From a virus (taxonomy: Duplodnaviria; Heunggongvirae; Uroviricota; Caudoviricetes), in the IMG/VR virus record IMGVR_UViG_3300042154_003418, positions 40,218 to 104,217 of that record: a stretch of 64,000 nt of DNA. One strand, written 5' to 3'. The position numbers and the translations under genes were made by a program. The notes beneath the pieces are model-generated. The model had not been told where the DNA came from. It searched no databases and saw only the letters and a list, made by a program, of their open reading frames with translations. Of the stretch, positions 49,630-57,665 are shown piece by piece. Within the stretch, counting starts at the first letter, position 1; each line of letters begins with the position of its first letter.

Positions 49630-49650
49630 TTTGTTTTCTTTCAGTTTTGT

Positions 49651-49944
49651 TTAAATGTGGTTTGTAGTTACGTCGGTCATTTTTTCTGGAAGGAATCGAC
49701 GATAGTTATGCTTTAAGTCATACTTTTGCATAATACTAATTTTAGCATTATACTGCTGGGCAAGCAAGTCACGATATTCGCTGGTGAATTCGGCAAACAC
49801 TTCTTCTGGCATATCAGAAACGTCAATGCCTTCAAAGTGCTTGCAAGGTTGCAGGACTTCGATTACTGCACGATCACTGGTTGTGCCATCTGCTTTTGTG
49901 TATTTGAATTCTACGAGTTTCATGTGGTTTGCCTTTTGTATCAA
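49651..49944 (-). CDS. hypothetical protein
   Basis: 97-aa ORF. TATAATATA -10 motif upstream at 49956. Confidence 0.4.
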   Translation of the reverse strand: MIQKANHMKLVEFKYTKADGTTSDRAVIEVLQPCKHFEGIDVSDMPEEVFAEFTSEYRDLLAQQYNAKISIMQKYDLKHNYRRFLPEKMTDVTTNHI

Positions 49945-49995
49945 TCTAAGTATATATTATACAGCGATTGACATTGTGACTCAAGATAGAAATTC

Positions 49996-50256
49996 TTAAT
50001 CTTGTTTGAATATTTCACGATGCAGCCCAGCTTGAAATCGCTGGGCCATAGTCTCGCTGAGCATGGGCGGTAGCAGCAGTGGAGCAACCACAGCACTAAC
50101 CAAGATGTACACTATGGTACTAATCTTGGGATATTGTGTAAAACTGTTTTGGATGCCAGCAGTTTTAGCCTGTTGCACCATTGGCCAAAACCACAAATAA
50201 CACGCGGCAATTGCAATACTAAGTGCAAAAAGCAAATAGTACCCAATCAATTCCAT
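49996..50256 (-). CDS. small membrane protein
   Basis: Two hydrophobic helices. Confidence 0.35.
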   Translation of the reverse strand: MELIGYYLLFALSIAIAACYLWFWPMVQQAKTAGIQNSFTQYPKISTIVYILVSAVVAPLLLPPMLSETMAQRFQAGLHREIFKQD

Positions 50257-50633
50257 GTGCTGGCCTTACGCATAAAAGCACGAGCGCCTAGTGAGAAGTC
50301 AACTTTGCCTTGTGGCAGGTTGACAAACTGTTTGGTACCTGGCGTGCTTAGTGCCGCTTGCTGCACCTTAGGGTTGCTTGAGAACAGCTCTTTGGGAGCA
50401 CAGCCACGAAACAGTTTAAACAGCTTGGCCAGGCGAATAGCGGTATGTGACCACTGTGGGTTGTTGGGCTTCTTACGCACCTGGCCAGACTCCAACACAG
50501 CATTTTGCAACTGCTTGTTATTAGGCTGAGACTTCAGCAAACGGGTAAGTCTACGCTTGCGATTGGCTTGAGTACGCAGTACTGCCTGAGAAGGGCCAGT
50601 GCTTGCTGCGGCTTTTTGAGGTTTTGTTGCCAT
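50247..50633 (-). CDS. basic (Lys/Arg-rich) hypothetical protein
   Basis: 128-aa ORF. Confidence 0.35.
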   Translation of the reverse strand: MATKPQKAAASTGPSQAVLRTQANRKRRLTRLLKSQPNNKQLQNAVLESGQVRKKPNNPQWSHTAIRLAKLFKLFRGCAPKELFSSNPKVQQAALSTPGTKQFVNLPQGKVDFSLGARAFMRKASTWN

Positions 50634-50634
50634 T

Positions 50635-50886
50635 TTATAACTTTCGGATTTTGAATTGAGTTTTGTTGCTGTCTAGTGGCATAAGCTCTACTGCACCAGC
50701 GTTGGCTAAGAATTGCAGTGTTAAAAAGGCTTCGCCATAAGTTTGTATGGTTTCACCAGGCTCGTTTACTATACGGGTTACACCGTCTAACATTTGCAGT
50801 GTAACCGGCTGGAATTCACCAGTAACAAGCTCGCTGAGCAACTTCTTGAACGGATTTGGGGTCGTGTCGGACTTGGTCATTTTCCA
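50635..50886 (-). CDS. hypothetical protein (trimmed to an internal Met to avoid overlap)
   Basis: The ORF track gives 50635..50979, which overlaps 50816..51181 in another frame. An internal Met is used here. Confidence 0.3.
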   Translation of the reverse strand, partial: WKMTKSDTTPNPFKKLLSELVTGEFQPVTLQMLDGVTRIVNEPGETIQTYGEAFLTLQFLANAGAVELMPLDSNKTQFKIRKL

Positions 50887-51181
50887 CATAGGCTTCTGAG
50901 GTACTTTCTGCATACATTTCAAGTTGTCGGGCAAGGGTAAGGGTATCGCTGATACGTGCAACTTCTGTGAGTGCAGCAATCAGGTCTGGAATGTTGTTAA
51001 CCGCAATAGGCATATAGCGACCACAACCGTCTGTGATAGCTACTTCATCAGTGCCGCCTGGATTGGTACCAAACTCAACATAGTTGTAGTAAAAGTTGCC
51101 GGATTTATCGGGGCCAAAAAGGTTGTCATCACCAAAGGTGTCAACGTCTTGGGCTGGAACTTGTGCGAAATTAATTTTCAT
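50816..51181 (-). CDS. hypothetical protein
   Basis: 121-aa ORF. Confidence 0.35.
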   Translation of the reverse strand: MKINFAQVPAQDVDTFGDDNLFGPDKSGNFYYNYVEFGTNPGGTDEVAITDGCGRYMPIAVNNIPDLIAALTEVARISDTLTLARQLEMYAESTSEAYVENDQVRHDPKSVQEVAQRACYW

Positions 51182-51261
51182 GTGATTTTCTAGTAGAGTT
51201 GCGTTGTTAAAGAATAATTATATCAAAAAGTAACACACACTTCAAGTGAATATTTCTGCAA

Positions 51262-51289
51262 ACAAAAAACCCACCTGGATGGTGGGTTT
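51262..51289 (-). terminator. Rho-independent terminator closing the tRNA transcription unit
   Basis: aaacccacc-tggat-ggtgggttt hairpin, with a T-run on the - strand. Confidence 0.55.
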
Positions 51290-51299
51290 GGTGTGGTTG

Positions 51300-51376
51300 T
51301 GGTACGCCGAACAGGACTTGAACCTGTGACCAACGGCTTATGAGGCCGCTGCTCTAACCAACTGAGCTATCAGCGC
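51300..51376 (-). tRNA. tRNA-Met (anticodon CAT), CCA encoded
   Basis: Cloverleaf. Acceptor gcgctga / tcggcgt. Anticodon loop CUCAUAA. T-loop TTCAAGT. Confidence 0.8.
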
Positions 51377-51894
51377 ACTTGTTTTTTAACTTCTTCTAGT
51401 GAAACGGGTGTATAATTGATTCGTTCCATACAAACGCTAAAATAGCGTTTATCAGGTATTTGTGATAGTGGCAAGCGCACTACATTGTGGTGTAAATGCC
51501 CGTGTACATTTAATCCCCAGCGAGCTAGTGACTCACTATGAATGGGGATGTGTGTCATGATCAAGCCTTCAAACTGGTGGCTACCACGAATGTCTTTGAA
51601 GTACTTGAGGTAGTCGGATGCTTTGCACTGATCGTGATTGCCCTTGACCAGTATCTTTTCACCATTCATGCGTGCAAGAATCTCTAGCCCACGACCTTTG
51701 CGATCCATGCAAACATCACCTAGAAAATAAACCTTGTCACCTGGTTTAACCACACTGTTGTGCGAATTAACCATGTGTTCATTCATGTGACTTACACTTT
51801 CAAACTCACGCAGTGCTGTACCATCGTCACGCTTAAACGTCAAGATGTTAGCATGATCAAAGTGGTGGTCTGATGCAAAAAAGATATTAGCCAT
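51370..51894 (-). CDS. Ser/Thr protein phosphatase (calcineurin-like metallophosphoesterase)
   Basis: DHHFDH, GDV...D and GNHD motifs. Confidence 0.75.
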   Translation of the reverse strand: MANIFFASDHHFDHANILTFKRDDGTALREFESVSHMNEHMVNSHNSVVKPGDKVYFLGDVCMDRKGRGLEILARMNGEKILVKGNHDQCKASDYLKYFKDIRGSHQFEGLIMTHIPIHSESLARWGLNVHGHLHHNVVRLPLSQIPDKRYFSVCMERINYTPVSLEEVKKQVR

Positions 51895-52190
51895 TAGTAC
51901 TGCTGCCAGCTAGTATCGCCACCAACACGATAACCATCGTGCTTGTCTGGGTTGTAGTCCTGGAAACTACCTTCGATGTTGTCGCTGTACTGTTCATCGT
52001 CCTCATCAAAGTCGGGTTCTTCGGCATATTCTGAATATGGGTAGATACCGTATGCCTCTGCATTTTCTTTGGCACGCTCCCAGCACAGTTCGTTGAGTTC
52101 GTCATCAGTTGCAGTCTCGGATACTTCCCAGAACTCGTGTGAGTCCATGCCGCAATAGCCAGTATGTAAAAACAATACAATTTTACGCAT
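51894..52190 (-). CDS. acidic hypothetical protein
   Basis: 98-aa ORF. Confidence 0.35.
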   Translation of the reverse strand: MRKIVLFLHTGYCGMDSHEFWEVSETATDDELNELCWERAKENAEAYGIYPYSEYAEEPDFDEDDEQYSDNIEGSFQDYNPDKHDGYRVGGDTSWQQY

Positions 52191-52198
52191 ATGATTCC

Positions 52199-52486
52199 TT
52201 AGATACTAATAGTTTGTGGTTGCGCAACGGTCATTTCAGCACCTTCCAAGCACACAAACAAATATGTTTTGCCTGGGTTTAGTTTTGCTAGACGACGGCA
52301 CTCAGTACGAGCGTCTGCACGGTAATTGTGTAACACAGGGATTGCACTAAAACTAAGGCCTACACCTGGTTGGTAACTGCCAACAATATAACGCTTGTTG
52401 CGTACGGCTTCGTGTGCAGAGTTTTGGTTGTCAATTTTTTGTGGTGTCATAGCATGAGTTAATTCGTTTATCTGTTCTGGATTCAT
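52199..52486 (-). CDS. hypothetical protein
   Basis: 95-aa ORF. A TATAATATA motif sits upstream inside a hairpin at 52489-52533. Confidence 0.4.
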   Translation of the reverse strand: MNPEQINELTHAMTPQKIDNQNSAHEAVRNKRYIVGSYQPGVGLSFSAIPVLHNYRADARTECRRLAKLNPGKTYLFVCLEGAEMTVAQPQTISI

Positions 52487-52561
52487 AATGCAAAATCCCC
52501 TAAAGAAGTATATATTATACTCAGTTTAGGGGATTTGTTCAAGTTTAAAATTCTTGTTGTT

Positions 52562-52636
52562 TGGTACACGATGACGGGATTGAACCGCCGACCCGCTCCG
52601 TGTAAAAGAGCCGCTCTACCGCTGAGCTAATCGTGC
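52562..52636 (-). tRNA. tRNA-Val (anticodon TAC)
   Basis: Acceptor gcacgat / atcgtgt. D-arm gctcagcggtagagc. Anticodon stem gctct/ggagc, loop TTTACAC. Confidence 0.7.
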
Positions 52637-52643
52637 ATTATTT

Positions 52644-52717
52644 TGGAGCGGCCAGGGGGAGTCGAACCCCACTCAGCGCAGCTTGGAAGGCTGGCGTCGC
52701 ACCTTGCGCTTGGCCGC
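52644..52717 (-). tRNA. tRNA-Gly (anticodon TCC)
   Basis: Acceptor gcggcca / tggccgc. Loop CTTCCAA. T-loop TTCGACT. Confidence 0.65.
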
Positions 52718-52721
52718 AAGA

Positions 52722-52928
52722 TTAATTTAACATTTGGGGCACATAACTTGTGCCTGGGCCGCTAACGCCGGGCTTGCCTACCATGTGCTGGTAGTCACTG
52801 ACCATGGTAACAAACTCAAAGCCATGGTTACGATAGTACTCACACTCTCCGATAGCACATTCAATACTGACTACGTCTTTGGCTTTAGCTTGCCCCGACT
52901 CAGGGTCTGTGAAATAAATTCGATACAT
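52722..52928 (-). CDS. hypothetical small protein
   Basis: 68-aa ORF between tRNAs. Confidence 0.3.
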   Translation of the reverse strand: MYRIYFTDPESGQAKAKDVVSIECAIGECEYYRNHGFEFVTMVSDYQHMVGKPGVSGPGTSYVPQMLN

Positions 52929-52961
52929 TGTAATTTTGGCACTTTGGCGCCGGGGTAAATG

Positions 52962-53037
52962 TGGTGCGGGCTACAGGGTTCGAACCTGCGACATCCTCGT
53001 TGGCAACGAGGTGCTCTACCAGCTGAGCTAAGCACGC
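52962..53037 (-). tRNA. tRNA-Gly (anticodon GCC)
   Basis: Anticodon stem cctcg/cgagg, loop TTGCCAA. T-loop TTCGAAC. CCA encoded. Confidence 0.8.
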
Positions 53038-53038
53038 A

Positions 53039-53362
53039 TTAAAATGGGATATCGTCATCAAAACTGGTATCATAGTCTTGACGACTGGCAATTTCTGCTA
53101 GATATTGGTATTTGTTGCCGTCCATGTAAGGAGCAACTTCTTCGATTTCATTGATCTGCCAGCGAGCAAAACTAGCTTGCTCTTGGATAAGTTCAATTGT
53201 CTCAGGCTGAAACTTAACATAACCTTGCTTTTCAGCCCAGATCAAGTATTCATAGTGATCTTGTGCAACATCACAAATACGGCAACCCTTTAGTTTGCCA
53301 AATGTCAGGGTGTCGGTTAGCCCCAGCTTGGGATTTTTTAGTTTTGAGAATCCAATAGCCAT
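53039..53362 (-). CDS. hypothetical protein
   Basis: 107-aa ORF. Confidence 0.4.
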   Translation of the reverse strand: MAIGFSKLKNPKLGLTDTLTFGKLKGCRICDVAQDHYEYLIWAEKQGYVKFQPETIELIQEQASFARWQINEIEEVAPYMDGNKYQYLAEIASRQDYDTSFDDDIPF

Positions 53363-53530
53363 TACCAGTGCTTTATAACGCCTGCTATAATAAAGCAGTT
53401 AGTAGTCATGTAACTTAGTACAATTATGGTTCTGATAAATGCCACAGCGTCTGCTTCACAATCGTTTTTTCCGGCTTTGTGGCCGAGGGCATTTGCCCAA
53501 AGTGTCCATAATTTTTTTTGCCATACATAT

Positions 53531-53606
53531 ACCCACAAAGGACTCGAACCTCATATGCGGGCGGCCTACCCGTAGTTCCAAACTATCATAGCGACTGACT
53601 GTGGGC
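53531..53606 (-). ncRNA. tRNA-like element with a good acceptor and T-arm but a non-canonical D/anticodon region. It is flanked by an 11-bp perfect inverted repeat that extends the acceptor helix.
   Basis: Acceptor gcccaca / tgtgggt. T-loop TTCGAGT. Inverted repeat gccatacatat (53520-53530) / atatgtatggc (53607-53617). Confidence 0.35.
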
Positions 53607-53617
53607 ATATGTATGGC

Positions 53618-53704
53618 GGGTGGCAGAGGAGTCGAACCCCATCCCGGTTAAGAGAACCTGGTTTTCAAGGCCAGTCGCAGGACCAACCCCGCTGCATTAC
53701 CACC
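53618..53704 (-). tRNA. tRNA-Ser (anticodon TGA), type II with long variable arm
   Basis: Acceptor ggtggta / tgccacc. Loop CTTGAAA. Long variable arm. T-loop TTCGACT. Confidence 0.7.
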
Positions 53705-53783
53705 CAAACCCGCTTACGATTATGCGGAGTATGTATTGATGCCCTATAGTTACCAAGGTAACTTTGGCTCATACCGATTAAAA

Positions 53784-54377
53784 TTATTCTTTTGTTTCTG
53801 CGGCTTCTTGTGCACGAGCTGCCTGCAACTTTTCCAGTCGCTGCGCAACTTCGTCGCTAGTCATCCAAATGTCTTTGTTGTGCAACATGCTGGAAATTTC
53901 TTCACTGGTCAAGAAGTCTTTGTATACCGCACTCATAAAGTTTTCCGACCAACGACGTTCAAAGTGCAGTTGATCGTACATTTCACCGCCTTTGCCAAAT
54001 GTTCCAGCACTATAGTTGTGAAACATAAAAAGACTGTGCGGTGTGATCTCGTGTGCATGACCGTGTAAGAAGATCATGGTTGCTGCACTCATGCAAGCGC
54101 CTTCAACACTGGTAACAATAGTTGCTTCTGTGTCGGACATTACTCGCAAGAATTGTAGTGTGGTATACAGGTCACCACCAGGCGAGTTGATATAAATACG
54201 AACGGTATCTACTTCGGATGCATTGCGAATGCAATCAAACCACTCAATGTATTCTTCAGCATCTAGCACAGGGCCGCTTAGGTAAAACTCATGAAGCTGT
54301 GCAACTGGCTTTGAAAAGCTATTTGTGTACTTTTCAGGTTGAAACAATTTAGGGTCGAGATAATTGTCTTTGTTCAT
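53784..54377 (-). CDS. ClpP-family serine peptidase
   Basis: INSPGGDLYT, the GACMSAA Ser region and MFHNY His region align with the ClpP catalytic triad layout. Confidence 0.6.
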   Translation of the reverse strand: MNKDNYLDPKLFQPEKYTNSFSKPVAQLHEFYLSGPVLDAEEYIEWFDCIRNASEVDTVRIYINSPGGDLYTTLQFLRVMSDTEATIVTSVEGACMSAATMIFLHGHAHEITPHSLFMFHNYSAGTFGKGGEMYDQLHFERRWSENFMSAVYKDFLTSEEISSMLHNKDIWMTSDEVAQRLEKLQAARAQEAAETKE

Positions 54378-54387
54378 GCGTTCCTTT

Positions 54388-54471
54388 AATATAATTAAGC
54401 ACTCTAGCTAGCCGTGGAGCCCTTGCTGTTATGCGCGGTGGGGTTTTAACCCAAAAGTGCTTAATTATATT
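54388..54471. repeat. 15-bp perfect inverted repeat enclosing 54 nt, just upstream of the ClpP-like gene
   Basis: aatataattaagcac ... gtgcttaattatatt. Confidence 0.6.
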
Positions 54472-54852
54472 TGCCAGCTTATTCTGTTACGAGGGAAGCC
54501 GAGCGAGAAACCCTAAGCAGTTTTTAAGCTGCTAGTGCGTACGTTTGATCGTTTGCGTTTATTTTTGTTTTGTGTCTGCGGCCAGGTAGAGCGTCTTTTT
54601 GTGCTATATGCACAACGACTACACTTTGCCCCCAACCCTACGGCTTCTACATTGCCGAGTTGTCTACTTTGCTACTCTTAGCCCGGTCGATCCTGTGTCA
54701 GGCCCATCAAAAGCATACTACTAGCATATAAGCTAAAAGAGCCGATCCTTCCAACCGCTGTCGGCCACCCTTTGGGTAGGGTAATATACTTATGGTGGAC
54801 CTGGCGGGCACTGCCCCCGCGTGTCGAACTCTTTTGGGTCTGCTTCATACAA

Positions 54853-54940
54853 CCATATTTTAGCACACTAACGGACATGCGTCGTAACCACTTTCTAAGC
54901 CTGTGCACAGGCAGCGGGCTTCTAGTATGCTAAAATATGG
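54853..54940. repeat. 13-bp perfect inverted repeat enclosing 62 nt, abutting the 3' end of the 54938 tRNA
   Basis: ccatattttagca ... tgctaaaatatgg. Confidence 0.6.
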
Positions 54941-55013
54941 TGCCGGTTGCATGAATCGAACACGCGACCTTCTCGTTACAAGGGAGTTGCTCTACCAACT
55001 GAGCTAAACCGGC
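54938..55013 (-). tRNA. type-I tRNA with GTA anticodon and a weak anticodon stem (possible pseudo or atypical tRNA)
   Basis: Good acceptor gccggtt / aaccggc, D-arm and T-arm. Anticodon arm actcc-CTTGTAA-cgaga has only 3 Watson-Crick pairs. Confidence 0.5.
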
Positions 55014-55058
55014 ATTAATTGACTATTTATTCCGCCGCCCGTCAATTAAGGGAACTAC

Positions 55059-55135
55059 TGGAGTCGGTGACAGGATTCGAACCTGCATAATACGGATTTG
55101 CAATCCGTGGCCTAGCCGTTCAGCTACACACCGAC
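55059..55135 (-). tRNA. tRNA-Cys (anticodon GCA)
   Basis: Anticodon stem acgga/tccgt, loop TTGCAAA. T-loop TTCGAAT. CCA encoded. Confidence 0.85.
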
Positions 55136-55136
55136 A

Positions 55137-55340
55137 TTAAATTTGTTGAGTACTTATACAAGTCTCAAAACCGTTCCACAGTCGCTCAAACTTCATTTGA
55201 TACATTTGCTTGAGTCCGATCAAGTAATTCATACGTTGATCTTCGTCCATGTTGTCATACATATCTAGATACAACTGAATGTCGTCAGTTACATTCCAGC
55301 ATTGCATGATATTTTGTTCTAGGTCAAAGCGATCAGTCAT
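55137..55340 (-). CDS. hypothetical small protein
   Basis: 67-aa ORF. Confidence 0.35.
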   Translation of the reverse strand: MTDRFDLEQNIMQCWNVTDDIQLYLDMYDNMDEDQRMNYLIGLKQMYQMKFERLWNGFETCISTQQI

Positions 55341-55341
55341 T

Positions 55342-55869
55342 TTAAGCCAATATAAATTTTAAACGGTCAGCAGCATAGCTTGCTGCAAAAGCATTTGGTT
55401 TTACTTGAGCATCTACATTACAAGTGCCCTTGATATAACCAATAGCCTGCTGCACAACACAGCTAGAGCCGTACAGTAGGTTTGGATTAATATCCAGGTG
55501 AACTTCAACGTGACGATCTTGTAGTACATCACTTAGTTCATGAAATAGGTCTGAAACCTTGTAAACTTCTTGCATTAACCTGAGTGCAGGTTTAGATACA
55601 CGTTGATCAAAGTCGCGTTCACGACTAATGCTACCAAAAATTTTGCAACCGTGATTGCCGTCAATGTGTACTACAACTGCTAAGGTATAGTCAGCGTGCC
55701 ATACACCATTAACTTTAACACGTTCGCTATCCGCACCAAGATAAACCTTTGTTTCTGCGCTCTGTGCTTGAATGAAGTCTTTGACTTCTTGTAAGTTAAA
55801 TTCGTGCATAGTTGTGGTTGTGTAAAGTATATTATGGTAGGCCCTGAGAGAATCAAACTCCCACTTCAA
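55342..55869 (-). CDS. hypothetical protein
   Basis: 175-aa ORF. The likely start is the internal MHEFNL. Has two Cys/His clusters. Confidence 0.4.
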   Translation of the reverse strand: MKWEFDSLRAYHNILYTTTTMHEFNLQEVKDFIQAQSAETKVYLGADSERVKVNGVWHADYTLAVVVHIDGNHGCKIFGSISRERDFDQRVSKPALRLMQEVYKVSDLFHELSDVLQDRHVEVHLDINPNLLYGSSCVVQQAIGYIKGTCNVDAQVKPNAFAASYAADRLKFILA

Positions 55870-55891
55870 CGTTCGTAGCGTTGTGTAATAT

Positions 55892-56485
55892 TCATTTTAC
55901 TAAAGGCCTATTGTCTAGTTCTACGGCAATATCTAAAAATATCTTATCACTATTTATTCTGTGAATGTACGCATGGTGTGTAGGACATAAATATACTAAG
56001 TTAGATAGGTCATTATTATACCTATTCTCATCTATATGATGTACGTCTAGTATTAGGTTTTCTTCACATGAACAGCATTTAATTTTAAGATCGTTGTCTT
56101 TATAAAATCTATTTAAATACTCTACGTAGCTATAGCTTCCGTCTTTCCTGTTTTTTGCCCCTTGAGTATGAGCAAAAAACTTATTACCACAGTTATAAGA
56201 GCATGTAGTCGGCTCTTTACCAGAAGATAAAAACTCAAATTCATTGTTACACTGTGGGCAAACTTTACTAATTAATTTAGCAGGCTCTTTGCCGTTAGCT
56301 GTAAAGTGAGAAGTACTAATATTGTGTAAAAGACAATAGTCTTTTATCATCTTACCGTACCTGTAGTTTTTGGAATAACCTAATGCTTGTGCAACTATTA
56401 CGGCAGCGTGAGCGTTAGATATTAGTTCTAGTAGTTCTCCAGATTTATGGCTATCTTCTAAAACTTTTAAAAATGTTGTTGACAT
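55892..56485 (-). CDS. HNH homing endonuclease
   Basis: C-terminal NLVYLCPTHHAYIHR HNH motif and Cys-rich zinc-binding segments. Low-GC codon usage. Confidence 0.75.
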   Translation of the reverse strand: MSTTFLKVLEDSHKSGELLELISNAHAAVIVAQALGYSKNYRYGKMIKDYCLLHNISTSHFTANGKEPAKLISKVCPQCNNEFEFLSSGKEPTTCSYNCGNKFFAHTQGAKNRKDGSYSYVEYLNRFYKDNDLKIKCCSCEENLILDVHHIDENRYNNDLSNLVYLCPTHHAYIHRINSDKIFLDIAVELDNRPLVK

Positions 56486-56508
56486 AAACTTTCCTATGTA
56501 TAAGCTAT

Positions 56509-56537
56509 ATTATACAATAAAAGCATTTAAAAGTCAA
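56509..56537 (-). promoter_or_regulatory. T5-type early promoter (TTGACT-17-TATAATATA) for the HNH gene
   Basis: On the - strand: ttgact-N17-tataatatagc. Confidence 0.5.
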
Positions 56538-56563
56538 TCGAAAATTTTTTGAACTACCAAAAT

Positions 56564-56637
56564 TGGCAGAGGATAGAAGAATCGAACTTCTGACAACGGA
56601 ATCAAAATCCGTGGTTATACCATTTAACTAATCCCCA
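56564..56637 (-). tRNA. tRNA-Gln (anticodon TTG)
   Basis: Anticodon stem acgga/tccgt, loop TTTTGAT. D-arm gtta..taac. T-loop TTCGATT. Confidence 0.7.
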
Positions 56638-56644
56638 ACAAAAC

Positions 56645-56719
56645 TGGCTCCACAGGCAGGGATCGAACCTACGACCAATTGATTAACAGTCAACTGCACT
56701 ACCGCTGTGCTACTGTGGA
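56645..56719 (-). tRNA. tRNA-Asn (anticodon GTT)
   Basis: Acceptor tccacag / ctgtgga. Loop CTGTTAA. T-loop TTCGATC. Confidence 0.8.
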
Positions 56720-56723
56720 ATAC

Positions 56724-56817
56724 TTAATACTAGCGCCCGGTACGCCATCCCCGAGTGAGCTTCAGTGGCAGAGAAGGATGCCACTTACACACTATAGCGC
56801 ATTCTCGCTAGTATTAA
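56724..56817. repeat. 12-bp perfect inverted repeat enclosing 70 nt
   Basis: ttaatactagcg ... cgctagtattaa. Confidence 0.6.
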
Positions 56818-56991
56818 ATATGCTGCTTACGATATACAGCGTGACATTGTCGTAGTCACCGATTGGATTACGGACGCTCTAACCGGAACGGCACGGACCT
56901 AAGGCAGGTTTTGGCGGTCTAGAGGGGTAACGATCCCCTTCTACAGCAGTGACAGTGCTGTGTGCGTCCATGAACACTTCTAAACCATATT

Positions 56992-57076
56992 TGGTACCCC
57001 CACCCGGACTCGAACCGGGAAGCCGAAGCGAGGCATTTTAAGTGCCTTGTGTTTACCAGGATTTCACCATAGGGGC
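56992..57076 (-). tRNA. tRNA-Leu (anticodon TAA), type II
   Basis: Anticodon stem aggca/tgcct, loop CTTAAAA. Long variable arm. T-arm cccgg-TTCGAGT-ccggg. Confidence 0.75.
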
Positions 57077-57081
57077 ATATT

Positions 57082-57167
57082 TGGTGGAGAAGGAGGGGAT
57101 CGAACCCACTTGCCTCTTGAGGCCACGGATTTACAATCCGCTGTCCTACCATTAGAACATCTTCTCC
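57082..57167 (-). tRNA. tRNA-Tyr (anticodon GTA), type II
   Basis: Acceptor ggagaag / cttctcc. Loop TTGTAAA. Long variable arm. T-loop TTCGATC. Confidence 0.8.
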
Positions 57168-57218
57168 GTTTAAAGAATAATTATACCGCAAATAGCAAAT
57201 CACGGCAAATCTAAATTT

Positions 57219-57293
57219 TGGCACCCCTCCAGGGACTCGAACCCTGACCAACGGTTTTGGAGACCGCGATGCTGCCAATTACACCAAAGAGAT
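57219..57293 (-). tRNA. tRNA-Trp (anticodon CCA)
   Basis: Anticodon stem gcggt/accgt, loop CTCCAAA. T-arm caggg-TTCGAGT-ccctg. The acceptor is G-U-rich, which is unusual. Confidence 0.6.
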
Positions 57294-57299
57294 AAAATG

Positions 57300-57660
57300 C
57301 TTGGAATTATGCGTTACAGAGTTTTGTCGGGCTTTCACACCCGGTGCCATACCACTTGGCGAATTTCCCAATGGGAGATAAAAGAATCGAACTTTTGATG
57401 AAACTGTAACTATCGCCAAAGCAATAATAATAAAAAACCTTAGAACAACTATTGCAGCGATTTGGTTAGATTAGAAGTCTAGAAGTAACTGCAAAAAACA
57501 CTAAAGGCTTAGAATAAGACTAGAAAAAGCAACGCGGGTATTTGTTTTTCAAACCATATTGAGAAGTAACCGCATCTAGCACTAAGTCCTATTCTAAGCC
57601 TTCGCTTAGAGCCCCACCTTTCTTACACCTGACTGGCTACAGGCTTGGGTCGTGGGTTAG
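57300..57660 (-). ncRNA. non-coding region 3' of the rsr-like gene: a T-arm/acceptor remnant (57366-57390), a 5' half-tRNA-like segment (57300-57365), and a long imperfect hairpin (57504-57602). This is the 3'-side candidate Y-RNA-like transcript.
   Basis: aaaagttcgattcttttatctccca (T-arm + 3' acceptor) is followed by gggaaattcgccaagtggtatggcacc. The aaggcttagaataagactag ... ctagcactaagtcctattctaagcctt helix is about 20 bp. No ORF longer than 60 aa. Confidence 0.35.
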
Positions 57661-57665
57661 TATTA

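Noticed and set aside
50635-51181. Overlapping ORFs 50635..50979 and 50816..51181, considered as a programmed frameshift
   Set aside because: An internal Met in the downstream ORF removes the overlap, and no slippery site is seen. A conventional start choice is more likely.
54472-54852. Possible additional tRNA or ncRNA in the 380-nt non-coding stretch between the two inverted-repeat elements
   Set aside because: I could not find a T-loop (TTCGA) or cloverleaf by eye. tggtggacctggcgggcactgcccccgcgtgtcgaactc at about 54795 has a tcgaac box but no matching acceptor. I left it unannotated rather than guess.
56919-57278. 119-aa - strand ORF
   Set aside because: It overlaps tRNA-Leu, tRNA-Tyr and tRNA-Trp on the same strand. 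Spurious read-through frame.
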